A DNA stretch of 39,171 nt from Coleofasciculus chthonoplastes F2-STO-03 (lineage in GTDB: Bacteria > Cyanobacteriota > Cyanobacteriia > Cyanobacteriales > Coleofasciculaceae), in the NCBI GenBank assembly GCA_040222015.1, contig JAVJWO010000015.1, forward strand, positions 1 through 39,171, given 5' to 3'. Every line of letters starts with the position of its first letter. The first letter of the stretch is position 1. Under the pieces are notes generated by a model. The model did no database searches. It was not told where the DNA came from and saw nothing but the letters and a program-made list of their open reading frames with translations. This document shows positions 28,080-37,037 of this stretch, piece by piece. Both the position numbers and the translations under genes were made by a program.

Positions 28080-28206
28080 AGTCCATTTTAATGGACTTTA
28101 GCTATAAGCCCGGAGTTTGAACTCCGGGTTCCGGGCGGGTATCTCCCTTTGTAATCCAGTCCGCGCAGGCGGACTTTGCTTGTGTAGCTGTGACTTCTAG
28201 TCGCCC
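28080..28206. repeat. Two adjacent two-hairpin dispersed repeats (family B at 28080-28128, family A reversed at 28151-28206)
   Basis: AGTCCATT-TT-AATGGACT..CCCGGAGTT-TG-AACTCCGGG and AGTCCGCGCAGGCGGACT..TGTGTAGC. Confidence 0.75.
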
Positions 28207-28358
28207 TTTATATTTTATATAAGGTGAGAATTAATTCAGAATTTTATCTGCCACAATTGGGTCTTTGGATAAATTTTTGTCCCTAAACACCACTCAACTA
28301 CCAAAAACCCAACTGTGAGGCTTCGTTAACCCTATCACAGAGGCTAACCCTGCATTGA

Positions 28359-28751
28359 TCATCTAGGAGAAGAACGCAACGATGGAGCCGCAGCCGCGCC
28401 ATAATTCACTCGGCAACCAATATTAAAGATACTGACGCCACATTCTAGGGGAACTACGTCACCGTTCCGCATGGCACTACAGCTCACATAACCATCATTG
28501 TTGGTATCTTTCATCATGCACTCAATGGGTTCTGCACCAGCACGATCAGACCAAGAATTCATCCCCATCCCAGCAACAATGTGATGCCAGAAGAAAACCA
28601 GCAGGAAGAAACCCAGAAAAACTGAAACAATTGCTGTCGTGATCAATCCAGCTCTAAATTTCCAACTTTGCAGAAAATTACCTGACTGAGTTGGAGCTGC
28701 GTCTGGGGTAGACGTAGATTCATTAATTGGTTTATCTTGCGTTTCGGTCAT
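28359..28751 (-). CDS. Hypothetical single-pass membrane protein with Cys-rich C-terminal domain
   Basis: ATG start, one TM helix, and four Cys in ECMMKDTNNDGYVSCSA..ECG..GC. Confidence 0.8.
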   Translation of the reverse strand: MTETQDKPINESTSTPDAAPTQSGNFLQSWKFRAGLITTAIVSVFLGFFLLVFFWHHIVAGMGMNSWSDRAGAEPIECMMKDTNNDGYVSCSAMRNGDVVPLECGVSIFNIGCRVNYGAAAAPSLRSSPR

Positions 28752-29132
28752 AGGAGTACGTAATCTCTTGTGATTTTAAGATAATCGCTTATGGATCTAT
28801 TCTGATTGTAACGATCGCGCCTTCCCCCTGCTTCCAGACGCGCCATGGCGCGTCTCTACATTACTTCCCCTGCTCTCCCTTTATTCAGCAGCCCCTACTT
28901 CAGCCCTAGCCGTACCGACAGGCACTGGGGCTGGACGCGATCGGATTGCTGCCTATTGACATAACCCTGATTCTATGAAACCGATTCAACTCCTTCCGTG
29001 AATCCCGTCTGATTACCTTAAATTATCACTGCATAACCCAAAATTGATTAAGTTTAACAACATTTAAGTTGCAAAACATTGTAAAATTTTCATAAAGTTA
29101 ATCTACCGATACAATTATTTAAGGTACTCAGC

Positions 29133-31346
29133 ATGACTGCAACAACCCCAAAAACTACGTCACCCGTTCCAGCCTTTTGCGAAGGCATCCAATATTTTGG
29201 GCAAGCCTTACCGGGTTTGGAGACGTATGGTGGAAAACCTGCCATTGCTGAGGGCAACGTTGCAATTGCATCTCCATCTGACCCGGCGGCTGTCTTCCAA
29301 ACCCTCCTAGCGGCTGATGCCCTGCGTTACCTAATCCTGCAAGTCACTGCATCCAAAGCATCCGGTCATCCCGGCGGATTTGCCAGCGTCGCCGAAGGCA
29401 TCGCCGCATTAATCATGCTGGGCTACAAAAATATTATTACCGAAGTGGGACACCATGCCCCCGGCTTTTACAGCACCATGTTCTTAGACCGTTCCCTAGA
29501 GGACATGGGGATTACCACCGTGCAACAAATGCGGGAACGGTTCCGGGAAATGCATGGACTCCTCGGACACCTATCCGGTCAAATTCCTGGACTCCTCAAC
29601 CCGGCTGGACCCTTGGGACAAGGGCAGCATTTCGCCATGGCGGGGGCGTTACTCCACCGGGATACCCTCTTCCCCGTGACAATTGGCGATGGGGGAATTG
29701 GTGAACCATACATAATGAGTAGTTTTGGTCACTTCCACACCGCCTATCCCGACGTCACCAACTTCCTGCCCATCTTAGTTTGGAATGGATACTCCCAGGA
29801 ACACCACAGCATGGTATCCACCAAATCCAACGACGAGATGATTGAATACTGGGAAGGCAATGGATTTCAAGAAATTATCCTCGTCAATGCCAAAGACTTT
29901 GACGACGCCAATCAACCCGGTGAATACGTCGATAGCACCGCCTTTTCCTGGGAAAAACGCTTGGAATTTACCCAAGCCGTATTAGAAGCGACAGACAAAG
30001 CCGCTAAATCTGCCCTTGGGGGTAAGCTGACTGTACTGATTATCAAACAGCTTAAAGGCGCGGGTGTCCATGCGCGAGGTGCTAAAGCCCACAACCTCTA
30101 CGCCTACCATACCCTAGACAATGAAGAGATTGTCCAAGCCTTGAAACAGCGTGCCTTACCTCCAGAAGCTTGGCAACTGGTACGCACCAACTCTGAACGC
30201 GCCGCTGGGGGTCCAGCGTCCCATCAGGTGGTGACGGAGAAAGAATTATCCCTACCAGATTTAGGGAAATTACCCTTAAACGAATTTGAAATTAAGGGTG
30301 ATAAACAAGTCGCAACAACAGCGATGGGGGCGTTAGTTGCCCATGTGGGGAAACAAGACCCTAACTTTATCATTTCTAACGCTGATGGCAATGCCGCCTC
30401 TGGGATTAATAACGTTAACGTGGCGCTGAAGATTCTCCATCCTACCGTTGATGAACTTTATTATCAGGGACCTAAGGGTCAGGTGTACGAACCCTTAAGT
30501 GAGGATGCTTGTGCTGGGTTAGCCGCAAGTTTAGCCTTGTTTGGTTCCCGTACTCTCTGGTGTTCCTATGAATCCTTCGCGGTGAATGGGTTACCGATAT
30601 GGCAAACGGTTACCCAAGCCATGGCAGAATTGCGCCGTCCAACACCTGCTACAGTTACCTTATTTACTGCTGGGGCATTAGAACAAGGGCGCAATGGGTG
30701 GACTCACCAGCGTCCAGAGATTGAAAATTACTTTGCTGCGATGATGCGGAATGGTAATGTGTTTCCTTTGTTTCCCTGTGATGCTAATAGTATCCAGGTG
30801 TGTTATGACTGGGCGCTGACGATGAAGAATAAGGGGATTACGATTACAGCGAGTAAGTCACCTTTACCGGTATTAACTACATTTGAACAAACCCGTCAAG
30901 CGTTAAAAGATGGGGGTGTGGTACTCCATGAAAGCGAAGGGAGTCAGAAAGTCGTGTTTGCCGTGATTGGCGATATGCCACTGATTCCCGTATTAGATGC
31001 AGCGGTGCATCTGGAAAATCAAGGGATTGGCGTGCGAGTTGTTTCCGTGATTAGTCCCCGACGTTTGTATCGTCCCCATGATGTAGCGTGGGAAACTTGT
31101 ACAGATCCTGATAGCCACTTTTTAAGTGATCAAGGGTTTGAGGAGTTCTTTGGTGGCGATGCGTTGATTGGCGTAACCGGGGGTGCCAGTGCCATGCTGG
31201 AACCGTTGATGTTACGGAGTACCGTTAAGCGCGATATTTTTGCCTGGAAGCGCGGGGAAACCGCATCGAGTGCGGGTGAAATTATGGCATTTAATGGGTT
31301 AACGGCTGAGAATTTGGCGAAGCGGGCGACTGAGTTGGTTGGCTAG
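29133..31346 (+). CDS. Phosphoketolase / transketolase-family ThDP-dependent enzyme
   Basis: SGHPGG, GHHAPG, GPLGQG, ThDP motif GDGG..E..N, EPLSE, SYESF and NGWTHQRP. Confidence 0.88.
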   Translation: MTATTPKTTSPVPAFCEGIQYFGQALPGLETYGGKPAIAEGNVAIASPSDPAAVFQTLLAADALRYLILQVTASKASGHPGGFASVAEGIAALIMLGYKNIITEVGHHAPGFYSTMFLDRSLEDMGITTVQQMRERFREMHGLLGHLSGQIPGLLNPAGPLGQGQHFAMAGALLHRDTLFPVTIGDGGIGEPYIMSSFGHFHTAYPDVTNFLPILVWNGYSQEHHSMVSTKSNDEMIEYWEGNGFQEIILVNAKDFDDANQPGEYVDSTAFSWEKRLEFTQAVLEATDKAAKSALGGKLTVLIIKQLKGAGVHARGAKAHNLYAYHTLDNEEIVQALKQRALPPEAWQLVRTNSERAAGGPASHQVVTEKELSLPDLGKLPLNEFEIKGDKQVATTAMGALVAHVGKQDPNFIISNADGNAASGINNVNVALKILHPTVDELYYQGPKGQVYEPLSEDACAGLAASLALFGSRTLWCSYESFAVNGLPIWQTVTQAMAELRRPTPATVTLFTAGALEQGRNGWTHQRPEIENYFAAMMRNGNVFPLFPCDANSIQVCYDWALTMKNKGITITASKSPLPVLTTFEQTRQALKDGGVVLHESEGSQKVVFAVIGDMPLIPVLDAAVHLENQGIGVRVVSVISPRRLYRPHDVAWETCTDPDSHFLSDQGFEEFFGGDALIGVTGGASAMLEPLMLRSTVKRDIFAWKRGETASSAGEIMAFNGLTAENLAKRATELVG

Positions 31347-31372
31347 AATTGAGGTGATTTGATTAGTTTTGT

Positions 31373-31410
31373 CCCTACCTGGGTTTTTCCTGGGTGGGGG
31401 TAATTTTACT
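31373..31410 (+). terminator. Possible intrinsic terminator
   Basis: CCCTACCTGGG..CCTGGGTGGGG imperfect stem followed by TAATTTT. Confidence 0.45.
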
Positions 31411-31555
31411 TACAAAAGTTGTTGGTGAGTATTTATACTTATCAAGCATGATGTTAGATGTGCTATAAATAAGATAATAGTTTTTGGGGAATTAATTACA
31501 AACGTAATTAACTTAATTATAATTTCAGATTACACAGACTAAATTTTTGCAGATC

Positions 31556-33268
31556 ATGGACAAAATTACACGAACCATACTTGAAAATTTCGTCACTGAA
31601 AATGAACTCGAATGCCTTGAGCAATCTAAGCAATTTGAATACTTTGTAAACTATGTTGTTATATCCAAATTGCACAGAAGTAGCTTTGAGCTTGATTCTT
31701 TAGACACAGGTGATGGTGGCGATGGATCAATTGATGGACTTGCCATTATCGCCAATAGCAGGCTGATTACGGATGTTCAAGAGCTTGAAGATATAGTTAA
31801 TGATAGTGGCTATTTAGATTGTGATATAGCATTTATTCAATCAAAAATATCCTCAAGGTTTGAAGGATCGGAAATAGGTTCATTTATATTCGGTGTTAAG
31901 GACTTTATTGCCGATGAACCAAAGCTTGTACAAAATGATAACTTGAAAAAGTTAAAAGAAATTTGGGAAGCTGTTATCAGTAAGTCTTCCTATATGATTC
32001 ATCGTCGCCCAAATTGTAAACTCTATTATGCTACCACAGGCAAGTGGGTTAACGATCAAAATCTTCTAGCCGTGAGTTCATCCGGTGTTCGTGAAATAGA
32101 AGATAGTGGATTGTTTGAGTATGTTTCATTTGAACATTATGGAGCCATCGAATTACAAAAACTATATCATGAAACTCGCAATAAATTGTCGAGTAATATC
32201 ACCTTTCAAAATAGAATTACCTTGCCAGATATTGATGGTGTTAAAGAAGCGTTTTTGGGGATTCTACCTTTCAATGAATTCCTGAAATTAATTCAAGATA
32301 GTAATGAATCTATGTACAACATTTTTTATGATAATGTACGAGATTTTCAAGGTGATAATGAAGTAAATTCAAAGATAAAGAGAACGTTGAGTGAAAGAAA
32401 ATATGACTTATTTTGTGTTCTAAATAATGGAGTTACAATTGTAGCAACGTCTCTTACACCTGCTGGTAATAGATTCACTTTAAGGGATTACCAAGTGGTA
32501 AATGGCTGTCAAACAAGTCATGTCTTACATCAATCGAAAGGCATGGAAAATATAGATCGAGTTAATGTACCTGTAAAAGTGATTGTAACCGAAGATGAGG
32601 ATATTAAAAACCAGATAACTCTTGCAACAAATAGCCAGACTGAAGTTAAGCCAGAACAATTAGCATCTCTAACTTTTTTTCAAAAAAAGCTTGAACTATA
32701 CTATAACTCAATCAAGGGAGAAGTAGAGCTTTATTATGAGCGGAGATCGCAACAGTATCATGCAACACCTGGGGTTAAAAAAACTCAAATTATTTCAATT
32801 CCAATTCAGATAAAAACATTTGCTGCTGCATTTCTAAATGCTCCACATCTTGTCTCTGGCTACTATGGAACAATTGCCAAAAGATTTCAAGGCAAGATTT
32901 TTGAAAGCAATCATAAATATGCTCCCTACTATGCAAGTGCTTTGTGCTACTACAGACTAGAAAGTCTATTCCGCAACAATGTTATTGACACAAAATACAA
33001 AAAGATTCGGTTTCATATGATTATGCTTGCAAGAATGTTATCTATGAATTCGATTGATATTCCCCCATTGAATAGCAGTAAAATAGATAAAAAATCAGAA
33101 TATTTCATATCAATCCTAAATAATGAGAGCGAATATAATATATTGTTTGAAAAAACAGTAAATATCTTTAAAGTATCTGGACTTGACCTCTCGAAAAGGC
33201 AGTTTAAGGCAGAGAATGAGACGGATCTATTAATCACTACACTTAGGCAGTTTCTTGAGCAAAACTAA
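31556..33268 (+). CDS. AIPR family (abortive infection phage resistance) protein
   Basis: DGSIDG and IQSK N-terminal motifs. NVRDFQG, NNGVTI, QVVNGCQT and ATNSQT. Visibly AT-rich. Confidence 0.88.
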   Translation: MDKITRTILENFVTENELECLEQSKQFEYFVNYVVISKLHRSSFELDSLDTGDGGDGSIDGLAIIANSRLITDVQELEDIVNDSGYLDCDIAFIQSKISSRFEGSEIGSFIFGVKDFIADEPKLVQNDNLKKLKEIWEAVISKSSYMIHRRPNCKLYYATTGKWVNDQNLLAVSSSGVREIEDSGLFEYVSFEHYGAIELQKLYHETRNKLSSNITFQNRITLPDIDGVKEAFLGILPFNEFLKLIQDSNESMYNIFYDNVRDFQGDNEVNSKIKRTLSERKYDLFCVLNNGVTIVATSLTPAGNRFTLRDYQVVNGCQTSHVLHQSKGMENIDRVNVPVKVIVTEDEDIKNQITLATNSQTEVKPEQLASLTFFQKKLELYYNSIKGEVELYYERRSQQYHATPGVKKTQIISIPIQIKTFAAAFLNAPHLVSGYYGTIAKRFQGKIFESNHKYAPYYASALCYYRLESLFRNNVIDTKYKKIRFHMIMLARMLSMNSIDIPPLNSSKIDKKSEYFISILNNESEYNILFEKTVNIFKVSGLDLSKRQFKAENETDLLITTLRQFLEQN

Positions 33269-33311
33269 TAATTGAAGTTAAATATAATTTAGTTTCAGAG
33301 AGGCTATAGAT

Positions 33312-33689
33312 ATGACTTTGGTATCAAATAGGAAAGCGGCAATCATCCGTACAGAAAGGGGATTGACTATCGTAGGTACACGCATCACTCTCTATGATGT
33401 GATGGATTTTTTGAAGGCTCACTATCCCCCTAAGTTGATCCGCGATAAATTTAACCTTACGGATGAGCAAATTAATGCAGCATTGTCTTATCTTGAAACC
33501 AATCGCACTGAAGTAGAAGCTGAATATCAAGACGTTCTGCAAACCAGGGAAGAAATTCGCCACTATTGGCAAGAGCGCAACCGCGAACACTTTACCCGAA
33601 TTGCCACAATGCCCCGTAAACCAGGTCAAGAAGCTTTATGGGCAAAGCTAGAGGAGCAAAAAGCCAAACGCGCCTCAAAATCGCCATGA
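33312..33689 (+). CDS. DUF433-type antitoxin-like protein
   Basis: GLTIVGTRITLYDV..LTDEQINAALSY. ATGA overlap with the next gene. Confidence 0.85.
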   Translation: MTLVSNRKAAIIRTERGLTIVGTRITLYDVMDFLKAHYPPKLIRDKFNLTDEQINAALSYLETNRTEVEAEYQDVLQTREEIRHYWQERNREHFTRIATMPRKPGQEALWAKLEEQKAKRASKSP

Positions 33690-33940
33690 ATTTTCTGGTA
33701 GACTACAATCTTGATGGATATGCCCTGGTTTTTCTTGGGATCTTAACCAAAGGGGGCTGGCTGGAGTTTCTGTCTATCCAGTTTGTAACGTTTACAGAAG
33801 CTGGATTGTCAATGAATAGTAGCGATCGCCTTGTCTGGAGTTATGCTCAAGCCAACCAAATGATGATTCTCACAGCGAACCGGAATTTAGATTGCGATAT
33901 AATAACTCAATCTGCTTACTCTGAAAGAGATGTTATCTAA
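33686..33940 (+). pseudogene. PIN-like (DUF5615-type) toxin, apparently C-terminally truncated
   Basis: FLVDYNL..GL....SDRLVWSYAQ...MILTANR motifs. Only 84 aa, and it runs into the ATPase start. Confidence 0.6.
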
Positions 33941-35060
33941 ATTACGAGTTCAGCACTATAAGAGCCTCTTTGATACCGAGGTTGATTTAGCGCCACTGAC
34001 TGTCTTCATTGGACCTAACGGTTCGGGAAAGTCAAATATTTGTGAAGCTTTAGTGATCTGGTCTGATTTTTTTCAAAGGCTGATAAAAAACAACAATAAT
34101 ATAATACCAATTACAGGAGTTTTCGATGAGTCTTTACTGACTGTCAGCAAAAATCAACAAAGTGTTGAATCTAAATTCTGGCAAGGAAAATCAGATTATC
34201 TTTCATTAAGCGTAACTACCCTTGATAAAATAGAAAATAATCGTAATAAAAATATTGTAGATATGTCATTTAATGTTGACTATAATAAGCTCGATATTGC
34301 GATAAATATGACTGGAATAAATGCTAGTGTAACATCTCGAACTACAAATGAATTAAGAAATTTTGTAATTGGTGATTATCAATACCCAGATTCTCCCCTT
34401 GGTCAGGCATTAAAAAAGGTTATTATTTACGATTTTGCTCCAGTTAATTTATCTAGCGATATCCTATCAACTGGCAGCATGGAAAGAACAGGGCAGGGAA
34501 TTGCCTATGCTCTCGTTGATATTTTGCACACTAATCGTAAAAATTTTGATGAATTAGAGGAGCGTTTAACGCGACTGGTTCCTAACATACAAAGAATATC
34601 ATTGCCTCGTGGAAAAAACCAAACTTTTTCACTAGAATTGATTGACCGATATTCAGAACACCACATACCTGCCTCTGACATATCAGATGGAACCCTGAGA
34701 ATTCTAGCGTTCCTAACAGCGTTGTATCAAGAAGACACTCCAAGTATCATTTGTTTTGAGGAAATAGAGAATGGAGTTCATCCCTGGCTGCTGCACAAAA
34801 TGATAGAACTATTAAAAATTGTTTCAACAGAGGGGATTACGGGTAAACCTGTGCAGATTTTAATCACAACGCATTCTCCTGTGCTGCTCAATTATGTCGA
34901 ACCGGAGCAAGTCCGTGCTGTTGAACTCGATCACGAAGGTAAAACTCAAGTCCATAATTTGCCTACCGATTCTGTGCGCTTCCAAAAAGCCCTGGAAGCT
35001 TACGATGGAGCGTTAGGAGAACTTTGGTTTACGAATGTGTTTGGAGGTAATCCGGAATGA
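33930..35060 (+). CDS. AAA_21/ABC-type ATPase
   Basis: YKSL, Walker A GPNGSGKS, ISDGTLR, Walker B/D-loop FEEIENGVHP and QILITTHSP. Confidence 0.9.
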   Translation: MLSKLRVQHYKSLFDTEVDLAPLTVFIGPNGSGKSNICEALVIWSDFFQRLIKNNNNIIPITGVFDESLLTVSKNQQSVESKFWQGKSDYLSLSVTTLDKIENNRNKNIVDMSFNVDYNKLDIAINMTGINASVTSRTTNELRNFVIGDYQYPDSPLGQALKKVIIYDFAPVNLSSDILSTGSMERTGQGIAYALVDILHTNRKNFDELEERLTRLVPNIQRISLPRGKNQTFSLELIDRYSEHHIPASDISDGTLRILAFLTALYQEDTPSIICFEEIENGVHPWLLHKMIELLKIVSTEGITGKPVQILITTHSPVLLNYVEPEQVRAVELDHEGKTQVHNLPTDSVRFQKALEAYDGALGELWFTNVFGGNPE

Positions 35061-35815
35061 ATCGTCCGATTCGTATTGGGCTAATTGCTGAAGGTGAAGC
35101 CGAACTCGGACTGAGTATTCCTTATATTAAACCAGAAGACGGTGGCAAAGTTATTGAAAGGACAAAAGAGGGATCGCTCCACACTTTAATTCGGCGAGAG
35201 CTAAAAAATATTGGATTATCTGATTGTGATTTTGTTCACCGACATCCATCATTGAAGGAGATAGGCGTAAAGTTACGAACTGGACATTCCGTTCTAGATC
35301 GAAAATATTTAGCCCAGCTAGTTATTGCATGGAAACCAGAGGAAATCGATATGATCCTGATTGTGGTTGATGCGGATGATAAATTATCTCAAAGACAGGA
35401 TAACTTAGAGCGTGCTTTAAGTACAATTCGCGATAATCACTTAGATGTAAACGATCAACCAATCAGCGATCGCAGTACCGGAGGTTTAGCGATTAAAAAT
35501 TTTGAGACATGGTTGCTAGCTGACACTCAGACTGTGGCAACGGTGTTAGGTGTGGAGATTCAACCTCTTGAGAATTTAGAAGATTTGGACGATACGAAAG
35601 ATCGTTTAGATCAAGCGATTGCCGAATCCACCTATCTCTCCGCAGAAAGTAGAAATCAACGTCCGCTTCAAATCCGATGGAACTTAGCTAATCAGATTAA
35701 TTTAGATACTATTAAAACTTGTTGTCCGACTGGATATTCTACTTTTGCACAACATTTAATAGCAGTAGCCAAAACGGTTAGGGATGTGAACACAAATCCG
35801 GAGCCAGAAAGGTGA
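35057..35815 (+). CDS. DUF4276/RloB-like TOPRIM-type protein
   Basis: IAEGEAE, VVDAD and FETWLLAD motifs. ATGA-coupled to the ATPase. Confidence 0.7.
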   Translation: MNRPIRIGLIAEGEAELGLSIPYIKPEDGGKVIERTKEGSLHTLIRRELKNIGLSDCDFVHRHPSLKEIGVKLRTGHSVLDRKYLAQLVIAWKPEEIDMILIVVDADDKLSQRQDNLERALSTIRDNHLDVNDQPISDRSTGGLAIKNFETWLLADTQTVATVLGVEIQPLENLEDLDDTKDRLDQAIAESTYLSAESRNQRPLQIRWNLANQINLDTIKTCCPTGYSTFAQHLIAVAKTVRDVNTNPEPER

Positions 35816-36006
35816 GCAGTTGCCCACCTTTATTTTTGTTAAGAATCACGCGACGCGATCGCGTTGCTGCGTAGAATCGCTGGTTATTATGATGCTTATG
35901 CTCACGGCGAAGATATCCAAGCCGAGTTAGAGATTTATTGACCCAACAGCGATATTAACAATGACCCTCGAATAATTAAAAAACAGCTTCTTTCCTCAAC
36001 TGCCCT

Positions 36007-36603
36007 ATGACTATACAACTTACAGAACAGCAAAACCCAGTTAACGACCAGTATTTTATCTTACCCTGTCGTTATAATTGGCAGCAATTCAAGGCAATTC
36101 AAGCCGTGATGCAAGAGGTTCCTGGATTAAAACTAACTTATCTTGATGGGTGTGTGGAGTTCATGACGACAGGTGAAGACCATGAAATGATTAAAAAATT
36201 TCTAGCGATTCTCCTAGAAGCCTACTTATTTGAAAAGGGGATTCAATTTATCCCCATTGGCAATGCCACTCGTGAAGCAGAAACGAAAGGGGCTTCCTTT
36301 GCTCCCGATGAATCTTACTATATTGGCACAAAAAAAGAACATCCTGATCTGGCAATTGAAGTGGCTCTCACCAGTGGCGGAACGGATAAACTCAAAAAGT
36401 ACAAGCGGTTTAAAATTCCTGAAGTTTGGTTTTGGCAAAAGAATAAGATTTTAATCTACCGTTTTCGGCAAAATGACTATGAGCAAGTTGAGCGCAGTGA
36501 GTTTCTACCTAAATTGGATTTAGAGTTGCTGGTGCGCTGTGTGTTAATGTCTGATATAGTTGAGGCGAGAATGGCGTTTATTAATGGGATACGACAGTCG
36601 TAA
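36007..36603 (+). CDS. Uma2 family endonuclease-like protein
   Basis: TYLDG..E.M...HE, APDESY, PDLAIEV and K...Y....IPEVW motifs. Confidence 0.9.
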   Translation: MTIQLTEQQNPVNDQYFILPCRYNWQQFKAIQAVMQEVPGLKLTYLDGCVEFMTTGEDHEMIKKFLAILLEAYLFEKGIQFIPIGNATREAETKGASFAPDESYYIGTKKEHPDLAIEVALTSGGTDKLKKYKRFKIPEVWFWQKNKILIYRFRQNDYEQVERSEFLPKLDLELLVRCVLMSDIVEARMAFINGIRQS

Positions 36604-36659
36604 TTTCCTGGTTAATATATTGAATATTGACACGTTTGCGGAAATAATGACTGGAAGTA

Positions 36660-36982
36660 GACACATCGATTAGGACAAACGAACTGTTGTAGAGACGTTG
36701 CATGCAACGTCTGGAACAAAATGATGTGTCCTAACCGCTATGGCAGTTGCTATATTACCCCCTTTGGTCACGGCGATTGAAATCGCTGCTACACAAACAA
36801 AGTCCGCCTGCGCGGACTGGGTTATAACGGGGGTAGCTAACCCGGATTTATTATGACATTGCGGTTTCCGTGATCACGGTTATGGAATTGCGCTATGGCT
36901 TACAACTCAACCCTCAACGCGCCCAGAAAATTGAACCCGTTTTAACGGGTTTTAGCTTTTAGCCCTAACTTTAGTTAAGGGC
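36660..36982. repeat. Repeat-rich intergenic region (REP palindrome 36689-36712, family A 36771-36826, family B 36934-36982)
   Basis: Hairpins read directly from the sequence. Confidence 0.75.
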
Positions 36983-37037
36983 TTAAGTTAACTACTCTAG
37001 CTATACGATTATGGCGAAGACAGCGCAACTACAAACA

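Noticed and set aside
35878..35941. Short frame AGYYDAYAHGEDIQAELEIY* after a HIP1 site, possibly a gene remnant
   Set aside because: Too short to assign and has no start codon.
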